Origin: an uncultured Planctomycetota bacterium | GTDB lineage: Bacteria > Planctomycetota > Planctomycetia > Gemmatales > Gemmataceae | Direction of reading: 5' to 3' | NCBI GenBank assembly: GCA_963849325.1 | Contig: CAWKHF010000005.1 | Span: forward strand, 256,001-320,000 | DNA: 64,000 nt | Shown here: in pieces, positions 54,427 through 64,000 of the stretch | Numbering within the stretch: the first letter of the stretch is position 1 | Layout: each line of letters opens with the position of its first letter | Translations under genes and position numbers: made by a program | Notes under the pieces: model-generated | What the model was told of the DNA's origin: nothing | Database searches by the model: none | The model's input: the letters and a program-made list of their open reading frames with translations, nothing else

Positions 54427-54950
54427 ACGATCGCTGTCTTTTCCTGATTGGGCCGCGCGGCAGCGGCAAGAGCACGGTGGCGCGGCTGCTGGCGGAGCAA
54501 CTCGACTGGTCCTGGCTCGACGCCGACGACGAGTTGGAGAAGCGGGCCGGGCAATCGATTCGGACCCTCTTCGCCGCGGAGGGCGAGGCGGGCTTCCGCG
54601 ACCGCGAGTCCGCCGTGCTGACCGAGTTGTGCCGTTTATCGCGGCACGTCGTCGCCACCGGCGGCGGCGTCGTGCTGCGCGAGAGCAACCGCGATCAGCT
54701 ACGCACCTCGGGGCGCGTCGTGTGGCTGACGGCCGATGTCGAGACATTGTGGCGGCGCCTGCAGGGAGACTGTTCGACTGCCGAGCGCCGCCCGGCGTTG
54801 ACGGTCGGCGGCCGCGACGAGGTCGCGGAAGTGCTGAGGTTGCGCGAGCCTCTGTATCGCGGCTGCGCCGACCTCATCGTCGAGACGGCCGGACGTTCGC
54901 CGGAGGAGATCGCCGACGAGATCCGGCGCTGGGCGAGCGGGGGGCGTTAG
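54423..54950 (+). CDS. aroK: Shikimate kinase
   Basis: IGPRGSGKST, GEAGFRDRE, ATGGGVV and REPLY. Confidence 0.93.
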   Translation: MNDRCLFLIGPRGSGKSTVARLLAEQLDWSWLDADDELEKRAGQSIRTLFAAEGEAGFRDRESAVLTELCRLSRHVVATGGGVVLRESNRDQLRTSGRVVWLTADVETLWRRLQGDCSTAERRPALTVGGRDEVAEVLRLREPLYRGCADLIVETAGRSPEEIADEIRRWASGGR

Positions 54951-54995
54951 CCCCCTGTTGCAAAGAAACTGGGGGCTAACGCCCCCCCGCTCGCC
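54932..54995. repeat. REP-like palindrome, family C, overlapping the aroK stop
   Basis: GGCGAGCGGGGGGCGTTAGCCCCC...GGGGGCTAACGCCCCCCCGCTCGCC. Confidence 0.88.
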
Positions 54996-55006
54996 GGGGA
55001 TACCCT

Positions 55007-56088
55007 ATGTTCTACCTCTGGCTCGCCGTGGTGTTCGTCCTCGGTGCCTGCGCCGGCGGCGTCATCAATTATTGCTTCTATCGGCTGCCGCTGGAGAAAA
55101 GCATCCTCTGGCCCGCCCCGCGCTGCGGCCACTGCTGCCAGCCCATCCGCTGGTACGACAACCTCCCGCTCGTCAGTTACGTTTGGCTGCGCGGCGCTGC
55201 CGGACATGCGGCGGCCGCATCCCCGCGCGTTACGTCCTGGTGGAGCTATTCACCGGCCTGCTGTTCGCCGGGCTGTTCTACGCCGAGATCGGGCGAAACC
55301 TTCTCGATCTTCGTTTCCTCAAGATGCACCAGGCGGCCATCGCGGCGGGGGACATACCGACCGCCGCCTGGGCCGTGTTCGCCTGCCACGCCGTACTGGT
55401 CAGCTTCCTGCTGCTCACGTCGCTGTGCGACCTCGACGACATGGCCATCCCGCTGCCGATCACGATTACGGGCACGCTGGTGGGATTGGCGTGCAGCGCC
55501 TTGTTTGCGTGGCCCTTCCCCTGGACGGGAGAACCCCTGCCGCCGGTCGGCGGTCAATTCCAGCCGCCCCAGCTACCGGCCGGCCTGTATGCGTGGCCGG
55601 TGTGGTATCCCCTGCCGTCCGGATTGCGGCCCGAGAGCTGGCAGCTCGGTCTCGTCACCGGACTGGCCGGCGCCTTGGCCGGCATGATGGTCATGCGCGT
55701 CGTCCGCTTCACCTTCGGTCTGACGCGCGGCATTGAGGCGCTGGGCGTCGGCGACGCCGACCTGATGATGATGGCCGGCAGCTTCGTCGGCTGGCAGCCG
55801 ATCTTGCTGTCGTGCTTCGTCGCCGCTTTCCCTGGCTTGCTGTTCGGCGTGGCCCAGTTGGTGCGCCGCGGCAATCAGGCGCTGCCGTTCGGCCCCTCGC
55901 TGGCGCTGGGCGTCGTGCTGACGATGTGGCTGTGGCCGTGGCTGAGCGCGTCCGACGCGCTGCGACTGGTGTTCTTCGAGCCGCTGTTTCTCGCGGTGAT
56001 CGTCGGCGGCGGAGCGGGTTTTTTGTTGCTGGCCGGCTTGACGTTTCGCTTCGTGCTGGGAACACCCAGGCAGGAGGGAAGCGTTTAG
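55007..56088 (+). CDS. pilD: Prepilin peptidase (A24), frameshift near 55197
   Basis: YRLP, CGHC..I.WYDNLP..S, CRTC, CDLD, LGVGDADL and LPFGPSL. Confidence 0.88.
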
Positions 56089-56142
56089 CCGCGACGCGCA
56101 GCGGAGCGCTGCTCGCGCTCCGCTGCGCGTCGCGGCTAAACG
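56082..56142. repeat. REP-like palindrome, family A, containing both convergent stop codons
   Basis: CGTTTAGCCGCGACGCGCAGCGGAGCG...CGCTCCGCTGCGCGTCGCGGCTAAACG. Confidence 0.9.
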
Positions 56143-56738
56143 GAAGGGACGCTGGGTTCGTCCGTTTGCTTCGCGGGCAGGGCGAGATGCCGGCTTTCTC
56201 CCCAGCGCTGCTCGGCCCACAAGGCTCCCAGCGCGCACGCCAGCCCCGCCGTCCAGCCGGCGAGAATGTCGCTGGGATAATGAACGCCCAGGTAAGGCCG
56301 GGTGACACCAATAAGCAGCGGCAGACCCAGTCCCAGCGCGATCAGCAATCCCTGGACGGCCCGGCGGCGCAGGCCGCACGCCGCCGTCAGGGCGATGGCT
56401 CCATAAATCGTCATCGAGTTGAGGGCGTGACCGCTGGGGAAACTCGCGTCGTGCGGACGCGCAACCAGTCTCCAGGCCACATCGGGACGCGGTCGATTGA
56501 CGACGTGCTTGACGGTCCAGGAGATGCTCACGCCGAGCAGCGCCGTCGCCAGTACGATGCAGGCGGTGCGCCGCCGACCATACAGCCAGAAGACCAGCGC
56601 CGCCACGAGCACGACGGCGAACAGCGTCCAGCGATCGCCCAGATGGGTGAGGAACTTCATCGCATCGTCCAGGCCGGGCCGATGACAGCCCTCGAACCAG
56701 AAGAGCGTGCCCTCGTCCACCGCCTGCAAGCGTTCCAT
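56136..56738 (-). CDS. PAP2-family phosphatase
   Basis: [15 protein letters not shown] and [11 protein letters not shown]. Confidence 0.9.
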   Translation of the reverse strand: MERLQAVDEGTLFWFEGCHRPGLDDAMKFLTHLGDRWTLFAVVLVAALVFWLYGRRRTACIVLATALLGVSISWTVKHVVNRPRPDVAWRLVARPHDASFPSGHALNSMTIYGAIALTAACGLRRRAVQGLLIALGLGLPLLIGVTRPYLGVHYPSDILAGWTAGLACALGALWAEQRWGESRHLALPAKQTDEPSVPSV

Positions 56739-56833
56739 CCCATCTCTCCCCAGTGACGCCGTATCCGACCTTGCCGTGGTCCCGACCGCCTTTCTACAAT
56801 AACGTATCTGTTTGTCTAGCAAGGGAGAGGACC

Positions 56834-57085
56834 ATGAAATCCGGCATCCACCCCGAATACGTCGAGGCCACCGTCGTCTGCGGCTGCGGCAACAAGTTCG
56901 TCACGCGCAGCACCAAGAAGAACATCACCGTCGAAATCTGCTCGGCGTGTCACCCGTTCTTCACCGGCAAGATGAAGTACGTCGATACGACCGGCCGCGT
57001 CGAGAAGTTCCAGCGCAAGTACAACTGGGACAAGCGCAAGAAGCCGGGCGAGGCCGCTGCCGCCGCCGAAGAAACCAGCAAATAG
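56834..57085 (+). CDS. rpmE: 50S ribosomal protein L31 (Zn-binding type)
   Basis: [13 protein letters not shown] and [10 protein letters not shown]; promoter-like TTGCCG-18-TACAAT at 56771-56800. Confidence 0.96.
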   Translation: MKSGIHPEYVEATVVCGCGNKFVTRSTKKNITVEICSACHPFFTGKMKYVDTTGRVEKFQRKYNWDKRKKPGEAAAAAEETSK

Positions 57086-57093
57086 CTCCTTAA

Positions 57094-57187
57094 AATAGGG
57101 AATAGGGAATAGGGAATAGAGAAGAAGGAATCCCCCCCTCTTCCCTATCTCCCTATTCCCTATTCCCTATTCCCTATTCCCTTTTTT
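57094..57187. repeat. Inverted heptamer tandem repeat followed by a T-run (possible terminator)
   Basis: (AATAGGG)x3...(CCCTATT)x4-CCC-T6. Confidence 0.85.
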
Positions 57188-57191
57188 AAGC

Positions 57192-58259
57192 ATGTGGCCA
57201 ATCTTCGAGCAAGCGCTGACCCGCTATCAGGAACTGGAACAACAGCTCGGCGATCCTGTCGTGGTCGCCGACCGCGCCCGCTTCACGCGCACCGCCAAGG
57301 AACACGGCGCCCTCGCCAAGCGCGTCAAACCCTATCTCGAATACAAGAAAATCAGCGCAGACTTGAGCCAGGCGCAGGCGCTGCTGGCCGCTGAGACCGA
57401 CCCGGAGATGCGGCAGTACGCCGAACAAGAGTTAAACGATCTGCGGAGTCGTCAAGAAGCCCTGCAAGCGCGCCTGGAAGATTTCGTCCTGGCCGAGGGC
57501 GAGACGTATGACAGCCTCATCATGGAAATTCGCGCCGGCACCGGCGGCGACGAGGCGGCCCTGTTCGCCGGCGATCTGTACGACATGTACACGCACTACG
57601 CCCGCGATCAGGGCTGGAAGGTCGAGGACATCTCGTTCAGCCCCGGCGAGCAGGGCGGCTTCAAGGAAATCGTCTTCGGCGTCAGCGGCGACGACGCTTT
57701 CCAGCACCTGCGCTACGAGAGCGGCGGCCATCGCGTGCAGCGCGTGCCCAAGACCGAGCAGCAGGGCCGCATCCACACCTCGGCCGCGACGGTGGCCGTG
57801 CTGCCGGAGCCGGACGAGGTGCAGGTCGAGGTCCGCGATCAGGACATCGAGTGGGAGCGCATGCGCGCCGGCGGCGCCGGCGGACAGCACGTCAACAAGA
57901 CCGAAAGCGCCGTCCGCATCTGGTACAAACGCGGCACGCCGGATGAGCTGGAAGTGAAGTGCCAGGACGAGCGCAGCCAGCACAAGAACTACGAGCGCGC
58001 CATGCGTATCCTGCGCAGCCGGATTTACGAGGCACAGCAGCAGAAATTGCACCGCGAACGCGCCGAGCAGCGGCGGACGCTGATCGGCTCCGGCGACCGC
58101 AGCGAGCGCATCCGCACCTACAACTTCCCGCAGAACCGCGTCACCGACCACCGCATCAATCTGAACCTGTACAAGCTCGACGCCATCATCGCCGGCAACC
58201 TCGGCGAACTGATCCAGGCCCTACGCGACTTCGACAAGAAACAGCGCCTGGGGAACTAA
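57192..58259 (+). CDS. prfA: Peptide chain release factor 1
   Basis: [21 protein letters not shown] (PxT), [10 protein letters not shown] and IRTYNFPQ. Confidence 0.96.
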   Translation: MWPIFEQALTRYQELEQQLGDPVVVADRARFTRTAKEHGALAKRVKPYLEYKKISADLSQAQALLAAETDPEMRQYAEQELNDLRSRQEALQARLEDFVLAEGETYDSLIMEIRAGTGGDEAALFAGDLYDMYTHYARDQGWKVEDISFSPGEQGGFKEIVFGVSGDDAFQHLRYESGGHRVQRVPKTEQQGRIHTSAATVAVLPEPDEVQVEVRDQDIEWERMRAGGAGGQHVNKTESAVRIWYKRGTPDELEVKCQDERSQHKNYERAMRILRSRIYEAQQQKLHRERAEQRRTLIGSGDRSERIRTYNFPQNRVTDHRINLNLYKLDAIIAGNLGELIQALRDFDKKQRLGN

Positions 58260-58270
58260 CTCAAAAACGA

Positions 58271-58399
58271 TTCACCACGGAAAACACGGAAAACACGGAA
58301 AAAGAAGAAGACAAGAAATCATTAGAGACAAATAATAGCCTTTTCTCGTCTCATTTGTTTTTGTCTTTTTTCCGTCTTTTCCGTGTTTTCCGTGGTGAA
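58271..58399. repeat. Inverted 9-mer repeat element with an AT-rich centre
   Basis: TTCAC(CACGGAAAA)x3...imperfect (TTTTCCGTG) copies-GTGAA. Confidence 0.85.
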
Positions 58400-58418
58400 A
58401 TGAGGAGAGGACCGAATC

Positions 58419-59300
58419 GTGAGGACGGAACAGCCGTGGACGATCGGCCGTTTGCTCGACTGGACGACGAACTATCTCGGGCAGAAGGGGGCCGAATCGC
58501 CGCGCCTGGACAGCGAAGTACTGCTGGCCCATGCGCTGGGCTGCAAGCGCATCGACCTGTACGCCCGGCATAGTGAGGAGGCGCCGGAGCCGGGACGACA
58601 GAAGTTCCGCGAGCTGGTTCGCCAGCGCATCGAGGGCTGTCCCGTCGCCTACCTGGTCGGCCGCAAGGAGTTCTTCTCGCTGGAATTCGAGGTCAACCGC
58701 GCCGTCCTCATTCCGCGGCCGGATACCGAATGCGTCGTCGATGAGTGTCTGCGATTGGCGAAGGGAATGCAAGGGCCGCGAGTGCTCGACATCGGCACCG
58801 GCTCCGGCTGCCTGGCGGTGGCCGTCGCCAAGCATCACAAGACGGCACAGGTGACGGCCGTGGACATCAGCCCGGAAGCGCTGGCCGTGGCGTCGGCCAA
58901 CGCGGGCAAACATGGTGTCGCCGAGCGCATTCGCTTTCTGCAGGGCGATCTGTTCGAGCCGATCTCCGCCGACGAACGCTTCGATTTCATTCTCAGTAAT
59001 CCACCCTACATCCCGCACGACGACATCGACAAGCTGGCTCCCGGCGTGCGCGATTACGAACCCCATCTGGCGCTCGACGGCGGCGCGGACGGCTTTGCCG
59101 TCTTCCAGCGCCTCATCGCCGAGGCGCCGGCGCACCTGAAGCCGGAGGGATATTTGTTGATCGAGATTGGTTCGCCGCAGGAAGGGCCGGCGCGAGAGCG
59201 GATGGGACAGCAGGGCGGATACGAATTGGCGAAGACGATCCACGATGGCTCAGGGCATCCGCGCGTGCTGATGGCGCACTGCGCACCGGTGAGGGGATGA
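58419..59300 (+). CDS. prmC: Release factor glutamine methyltransferase
   Basis: VLIPRPDTE, LDIGTGSG and SNPPY. Confidence 0.95.
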   Translation: MRTEQPWTIGRLLDWTTNYLGQKGAESPRLDSEVLLAHALGCKRIDLYARHSEEAPEPGRQKFRELVRQRIEGCPVAYLVGRKEFFSLEFEVNRAVLIPRPDTECVVDECLRLAKGMQGPRVLDIGTGSGCLAVAVAKHHKTAQVTAVDISPEALAVASANAGKHGVAERIRFLQGDLFEPISADERFDFILSNPPYIPHDDIDKLAPGVRDYEPHLALDGGADGFAVFQRLIAEAPAHLKPEGYLLIEIGSPQEGPARERMGQQGGYELAKTIHDGSGHPRVLMAHCAPVRG

Positions 59301-59306
59301 AAGAAT

Positions 59307-59363
59307 ACAAGCCCGGAGCGCCAGCGACGGGTTCTTAACCCATCGCTGGCGCTCCGGGCTTGT
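59307..59363. repeat. REP-like palindrome, family E
   Basis: ACAAGCCCGGAGCGCCAGCGACGGG...CCCATCGCTGGCGCTCCGGGCTTGT. Confidence 0.85.
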
Positions 59364-59373
59364 CGGGAGACGC

Positions 59374-60787
59374 TTACAGCGTCCAGCCGCTGCGATAATC
59401 GTAATGGAGGTACTGGTTGGCCTCCGAGTCGTTGGTGAACTTCATGTTCTCGCCGTCCCATTCGAGCTTCTTCTTGCTGCGGCGCATGGCGACGTTGCCG
59501 AGCAAGATCGTCTCGGTCAACAGTCCGGCGAAGTCGAAGTTGGAATAGGCGATCTCCGGTTTGTTTTCCATGATGGCCCGGACCCATTCCTCTTTCATGC
59601 CGTCGTCGCCCTTGCCGTTGCGCGGCAGTTTCCGCTGGGGCGGCTTGAAGCCCTCGAAATCCTTCTTCGGCAGCAGCTTGTACGAGCCGCCGTAATCGTC
59701 CGGCGAGTAGAGAGTGCCCTTGTCGCCGACCAGCAGCGAGCCGCTGTCCGGCGGGTTCTCGCCGTGCAGCAGGTCCTTGCCCGGCAGGTTCTTCTTGCGA
59801 TTTTTCAGCCCCTCATACCAGACGAACTTGACCGCCGGCATGTCGCCGCGCGCGGGGAACTGGAAGGTGATGGTCGCCCACATCGGATAGGTTTCCGGGT
59901 TGACGTCGCCGTTCTCGGCCGAGACGCTGGTCGGGTAGCCGAGCTTGAGGGCGCGGAAGGCCAGGTTGGCCGTGTGACAGGCCATGTCGCCCAGGGCGCC
60001 GGTGCCGAAGTCCCACCAGCCGCGCCAGGCTGAAAGGATGGTAGATCGAGGCATATGGCCGCTCGGGGGCCGGCCCGAGGAAGAGGTCCCAGTGGACGTG
60101 CTTGGGCGCCTTGCCGAAGGGCAGGTCCGCCGGCGTCTTGCCGCGCAGGGCGGCGAAGGCGGCGGTGCGGGCGGCGTCCACGCGCAGGATGGCGTCGGTG
60201 CCCTGCGGCCAGATGGGACGGTTGGTCCAGACGTGGACCTCGCGCACTGGCCCGATGGCCCCGGACTGGATGACCTCGACGCCCTCGCGCAGGCCGTTCG
60301 AGGCCGAGCCTTGATTGCCCATCTGCGTGCAGACCTTGTGCTTCCGCGCCGCTTCGCGCAGCTCGCGCGCCTCGCGGACGGTGTGCGTCAACGGCTTCTG
60401 CGTGTAGACGTGCTTGCCCAGTTTGATGGCCAGCATCGACGCCGCCGCGTGCGTGTGGTCGGGCGTGCTGACCGTCACGGCGTCGATCGACTTGCCCATC
60501 TCGTCGAACATCTTGCGGAAGTCGTTGTACTTTTTTGCTTGCGGAAACTTCTTGGCCTTGCCTTCGAGGTGATTGTCGTCGATGTCGCACAGGGCGACGA
60601 TGTTGCCGACCTTCGACGCTCCATCGACGTCGCTGCTTCCCTTGCCGCCGACGCCGATGCTGGCGATGCTTAATTTTCCGTTGGCGTCTTTGCGGGCGCC
60701 CTGCGTGAGTCCGCCGGCCACCCAGAAACCGATGCCGGCCAGGCCGGTCTGCTGGATGAACTGGCGACGATTGCTGCGTCGATTCAT
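59374..60787 (-). CDS. Gfo/Idh/MocA oxidoreductase with Tat signal, frameshift near 60030
   Basis: SNRRQFI, IGVGGKG, STPDHTH, HVYTQKPL and DFGTGALGDMACH. Confidence 0.9.
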
Positions 60788-60888
60788 GGAAAACTCTCCC
60801 CCGTGGTGTGAAACGATGCTCCGGGCAAGCGCAAGTCTACGAGACGCGCCGGACGGTTGCAACAACTTCCCCGTACAAAATCGCATCC

Positions 60889-60953
60889 GTTTCGCCGCGA
60901 CGCGCAGCGGAGCGCGGGACAGACCCGCGCTCCGCTGCGCGTCGCGGCGAAAC
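60889..60953. repeat. REP-like palindrome, family A (TTCG/CGAA variant)
   Basis: Perfect arms abutting the glnA stop codon. Confidence 0.9.
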
Positions 60954-62367
60954 TCAAATGTCGTAATACAAATAGAACTCATACGGATGCGGCCGTAGCC
61001 GGATGGCATCGACCTCCTTCTCGCTCTTGTACCAGATCCAGGTGTCGATCACGTCGGCGGTGAACACGTCGCCTTGCAGCAAAAACTCGTGGTCCTTGCG
61101 CAGGTTGCGCAGCGCCTCGTCCAGCGAGCCGGGCGTCTTGGGCACCTTGGCCAATTCCTCCGGTTCCAGATCGTAAATGTCCTTGTCGAGCGGTTCGCCC
61201 GGCTTCATCTTGTTCTTGATGCCGTCGAGCATGGCCATCAGCATGGCCGAAAAGGCGAGGTAGGGGTTGCACGAACCGTCCGGGCAGCGGAATTCGATGC
61301 GCTTGGCCTTCCAGTGCGGCGAATAGACCGGAATGCGGATCGACGCCGAACGGTTGCGGCGGCTGTAAGCGAGGTTGACCGGCGCCTCGTAGCCGGGCAC
61401 CAGGCGCTTGTAACTGTTGGTCGTCGGATTGGTGATGGCGCACAGGGCCGGCGCATGCCGCAGCAGTCCGCCGATGGCGTACATGGCCTGGTCGGACAGG
61501 CCGGCGTAGCCGGAGCCGGCGAACAGGTTCTTGCCTTCCTTCCACAACGACGTGTGGACGTGCATGCCGGTGCCGTTGTCCATGAACAGCGGCTTGGGCA
61601 TGAACGTCGCCGTCTTGCCGTGCTTCTTGGCCACGTTCTTGACGATGTACTTGTACTTCAGGACGTTGTCGGCCATTTCGACCAGCGGAGCGTACTTCAT
61701 GTCGATCTCGCCCTGGCCGCCGGTGGCGACCTCGTGGTGCTGGGCCTCGACCTTCAGGCCGCACTCGATCATGGTCAGCATCATCTCGGTGCGCAGGTCG
61801 TGCAGGGCGTCCGACGGCGGACAGGGGAAGTAGCCTTCCTTGTAGCGCAGCTTGTAGCCGAGGTTCGGCTTCTCGTCGCGGCCGGTGTTCCAGGCGCCCT
61901 CGACGCGAGTCGAGGAAGTAGTAGCCGGAATGCTGGTTCTGATCGTAGCGAACGTCGTCGAAGACGAAGAACTCCAATTCGGGTCCGAAATAGGCGGTGT
62001 CGGCGATGCCGGTCGTCTTCATGTAGTTGACGGCCTTGCGGGCGACGTTGCGCGGATCGCGCGTGTAGTCCTCCTTGGTGAGCGGGTCCTGAATGTTGCA
62101 GATCATGGTCAGCGTGCGATCGTGGCAGAACGGATCGAGGAAGGCGGTCTCGGCCACGGGCACGACGAGCATGTCCGACTCGTTGATGGCCTGCCAACCG
62201 CGGATGCTGGAGCCGTCGAAGCCCAGTCCTTCCTCGAAGACGTGTTCCTCCAGCGCCTCGGCCGGGATGGTGAAGTGCTGCCACAGGCCGGGGAAGTCCA
62301 TGAAGCGCAGATCGACGGCCCGCACTTCTTTTTCGCGGATCAGGGCCAGGATTTCTTTCGGGGTCAC
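60954..62367 (-). CDS. glnA: Glutamine synthetase type I, frameshift near 61905
   Basis: [43 protein letters not shown] and DKDIYDL. Confidence 0.96.
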
Positions 62368-62481
62368 GACGCCCTCCACTGCGTTGGGGTTTGGAGATCG
62401 GGATGCGCCGCCATCCCGCAAAAGACGGTTACAGGACGTGTTATGAAATTCAACCCCTTTCGGCGAGCGGAGCAACTCTCC

Positions 62482-62556
62482 TCCGAGCCTGAAGCGTAAG
62501 CGAAGAGCGCGACAACCGAAGGTTGTCGCGCTCTTCGCTTACGCTTCAGGCTCGGA
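62482..62556. repeat. REP-like palindrome, family D
   Basis: Near-identical to 49483-49557 with paired changes GGA/TCC to GCG/CGC. Confidence 0.9.
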
Positions 62557-62605
62557 AAAACGAGATCTTTACTGGACGAATGGACTCGGGATACGCTAAC
62601 GTAGG

Positions 62606-64000
62606 ATGTCGCCGCCACGCCTGGAGCCGCGAGCATGCGCGCACGTTTGATCGTCGAGTCCGGCGCGGCCACGCCGCGAGTGTCGGAGCTTCTGGCCCAG
62701 CAGACCATTCGCCTGGGCCGCAATAGCAAAAACGGCGTCGTCGTGGACGACCCGCACGCCTCGCGCTGGCACGCCGAAGTCTACAGCGAAGGCAACCGCT
62801 GGTACGTCCGCGACCGCGAAACGACCAACGGCACGCGCGTCAACGGTGTCAAGATCCAGCAGCCAACCCTGCTGGAGAACAACCACGTCGTCAGCATCGG
62901 CGATACCCGTCTGCGCTTCACGCTCGATTCCTCCGGCGAGGGAACGGCCGAGCTGCCCGTGCTGGTGAAGTCGCCGAAGACGGACGACTCGTTTCACGCG
63001 ACGGTGAACGGCGGCGAGATCAGTCAAACCATCCTGCACGCCGACGAGCTGACGGCCCTGCTGGGCTTCATGACCGGGTCGCTGACGGAGACGACGCCGC
63101 ACGGCCTGGTCAGCCTGGCCCTGACGACGGTACTGCGGCAAACGCTGGCCACCGTGGCCGGCTTCCTCAGCCTGGACGCCGAGGAACCGCACTTTCGCCT
63201 GGTGCTGCCGGCGCAGACGGAAGTGGATACGCAGCTGAGCCGACAACTGACGCAGCGCGTGATGCGCGAGCAGCGGGCGGTGTGGCTCGGCGCGGATCGC
63301 ACCAACACCCTGGACAGCGATAGCTTGGCCGCTTTCCACGACGCCGTGTGCATTCCCCTGCGCACCGGCCGGACGACGGCCGGAGAGGACGCCGCCGAGG
63401 CGCTGGGAGCGCTGCACGTCTACAAGAGCAATCGCCAATTCAACGAGCGCGAGGTGCGCTTCTGCGAAGTGCTGGCCGGCTGCCTGGCCGGTGCCTTGCA
63501 TGTTCTCCGTACTCGCCGCGCCCTGGAGGCCGACAATTCACGCCTCCGCGATCACGTCCCCGGCTCCAACGACATCCTCGTCGGCGACAGCCCGGCCATG
63601 AAGCAGCTGCGCCAGCAGATCGCCCAGCTCGCGCGCCTGCCCAGCACCCTGCTCATCAGCGGCGAGAGCGGCGTCGGCAAGGAGTTGGTGGCCATCAGTC
63701 TACACCAGCAGAGTCCGCGCCGCGCGGGACCGCTGGTCACCCTCAACTGCGCCGTCATTCCCGCCGCGCTGGCCGAGTCGGAGTTGTTCGGCCACGAAAA
63801 GGGCGCCTTCAGCGGCGCCGATCACCAGCGACAGGGCTGCTTCCTCGCCGCCGACCAGGGCACGCTGTTTCTGGACGAGATCGGCGAGATGCCGCTGGCC
63901 GAGCAGGCCAAGCTGCTGCGCGTGTTGGAGACCAAGAGCCTCCGTCACGTCGGCGGCGACGAGGAAGTTCCGGTGGACGTGCGCATCCTCGCCGCCACCA
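62606..64000 (+). CDS. Sigma54-dependent activator, FHA-GAF-AAA (3' end runs off the window)
   Basis: Manual translation gives LGRN..ASRWH..TTNGT (FHA), a GAF-like middle, [23 protein letters not shown] and TLFLDEIGE. Confidence 0.9.

Noticed and set aside
61780-61990. Programmed frameshift or true pseudogene in glnA (likewise mutY and aroDE)
   Set aside because: No slippery motif; matches the window-wide indel error pattern
62368-62605. Sigma54 promoter or glutamine riboswitch upstream of glnA
   Set aside because: No TGGCAC-N5-TTGC motif or recognisable riboswitch; the main structure is a family D repeat

Overview
High-GC bacterial window, most likely a planctomycete of Gemmataceae type. 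This is inferred from DUF1559, DUF4058, TIGR03000 and ECF-WD40 genes and the style of the palindromic repeats. The core backbone is ltaE, aroC, wrbA, mutY, trxA, ffs-dnaX-ybaB-recR-rpoN, aroB, aroDE-aroK-prepilin peptidase, rpmE-prfA-prmC, glnA and a partial FHA-GAF sigma54 activator. Accessory DNA includes a Septu/PtuAB-like ATPase-HNH pair whose nuclease is split by an intact IS3 element, a candidate stand-alone toxin-immunity pair next to a DUF6036 nucleotidyltransferase, an antitoxin-like gene with a decayed MazF-like remnant, and a lower-GC two-gene orphan operon. About 20 genes carry single-base indels, most likely long-read assembly errors. Signals the ORF track misses: (1) a probable selenoprotein (TlpA-like, UGPC motif, SECIS-like hairpin); (2) a dnaX -1 frameshift cassette; (3) an SRP RNA with a UGAC loop; (4) a promoter-to-terminator orphan sRNA candidate; (5) a family of covarying REP-like palindromes that nest, supply stop codons and sit in-frame inside a protein. 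No CRISPR array, tRNA or rRNA was seen. Family names come from motif recognition, not database searches.
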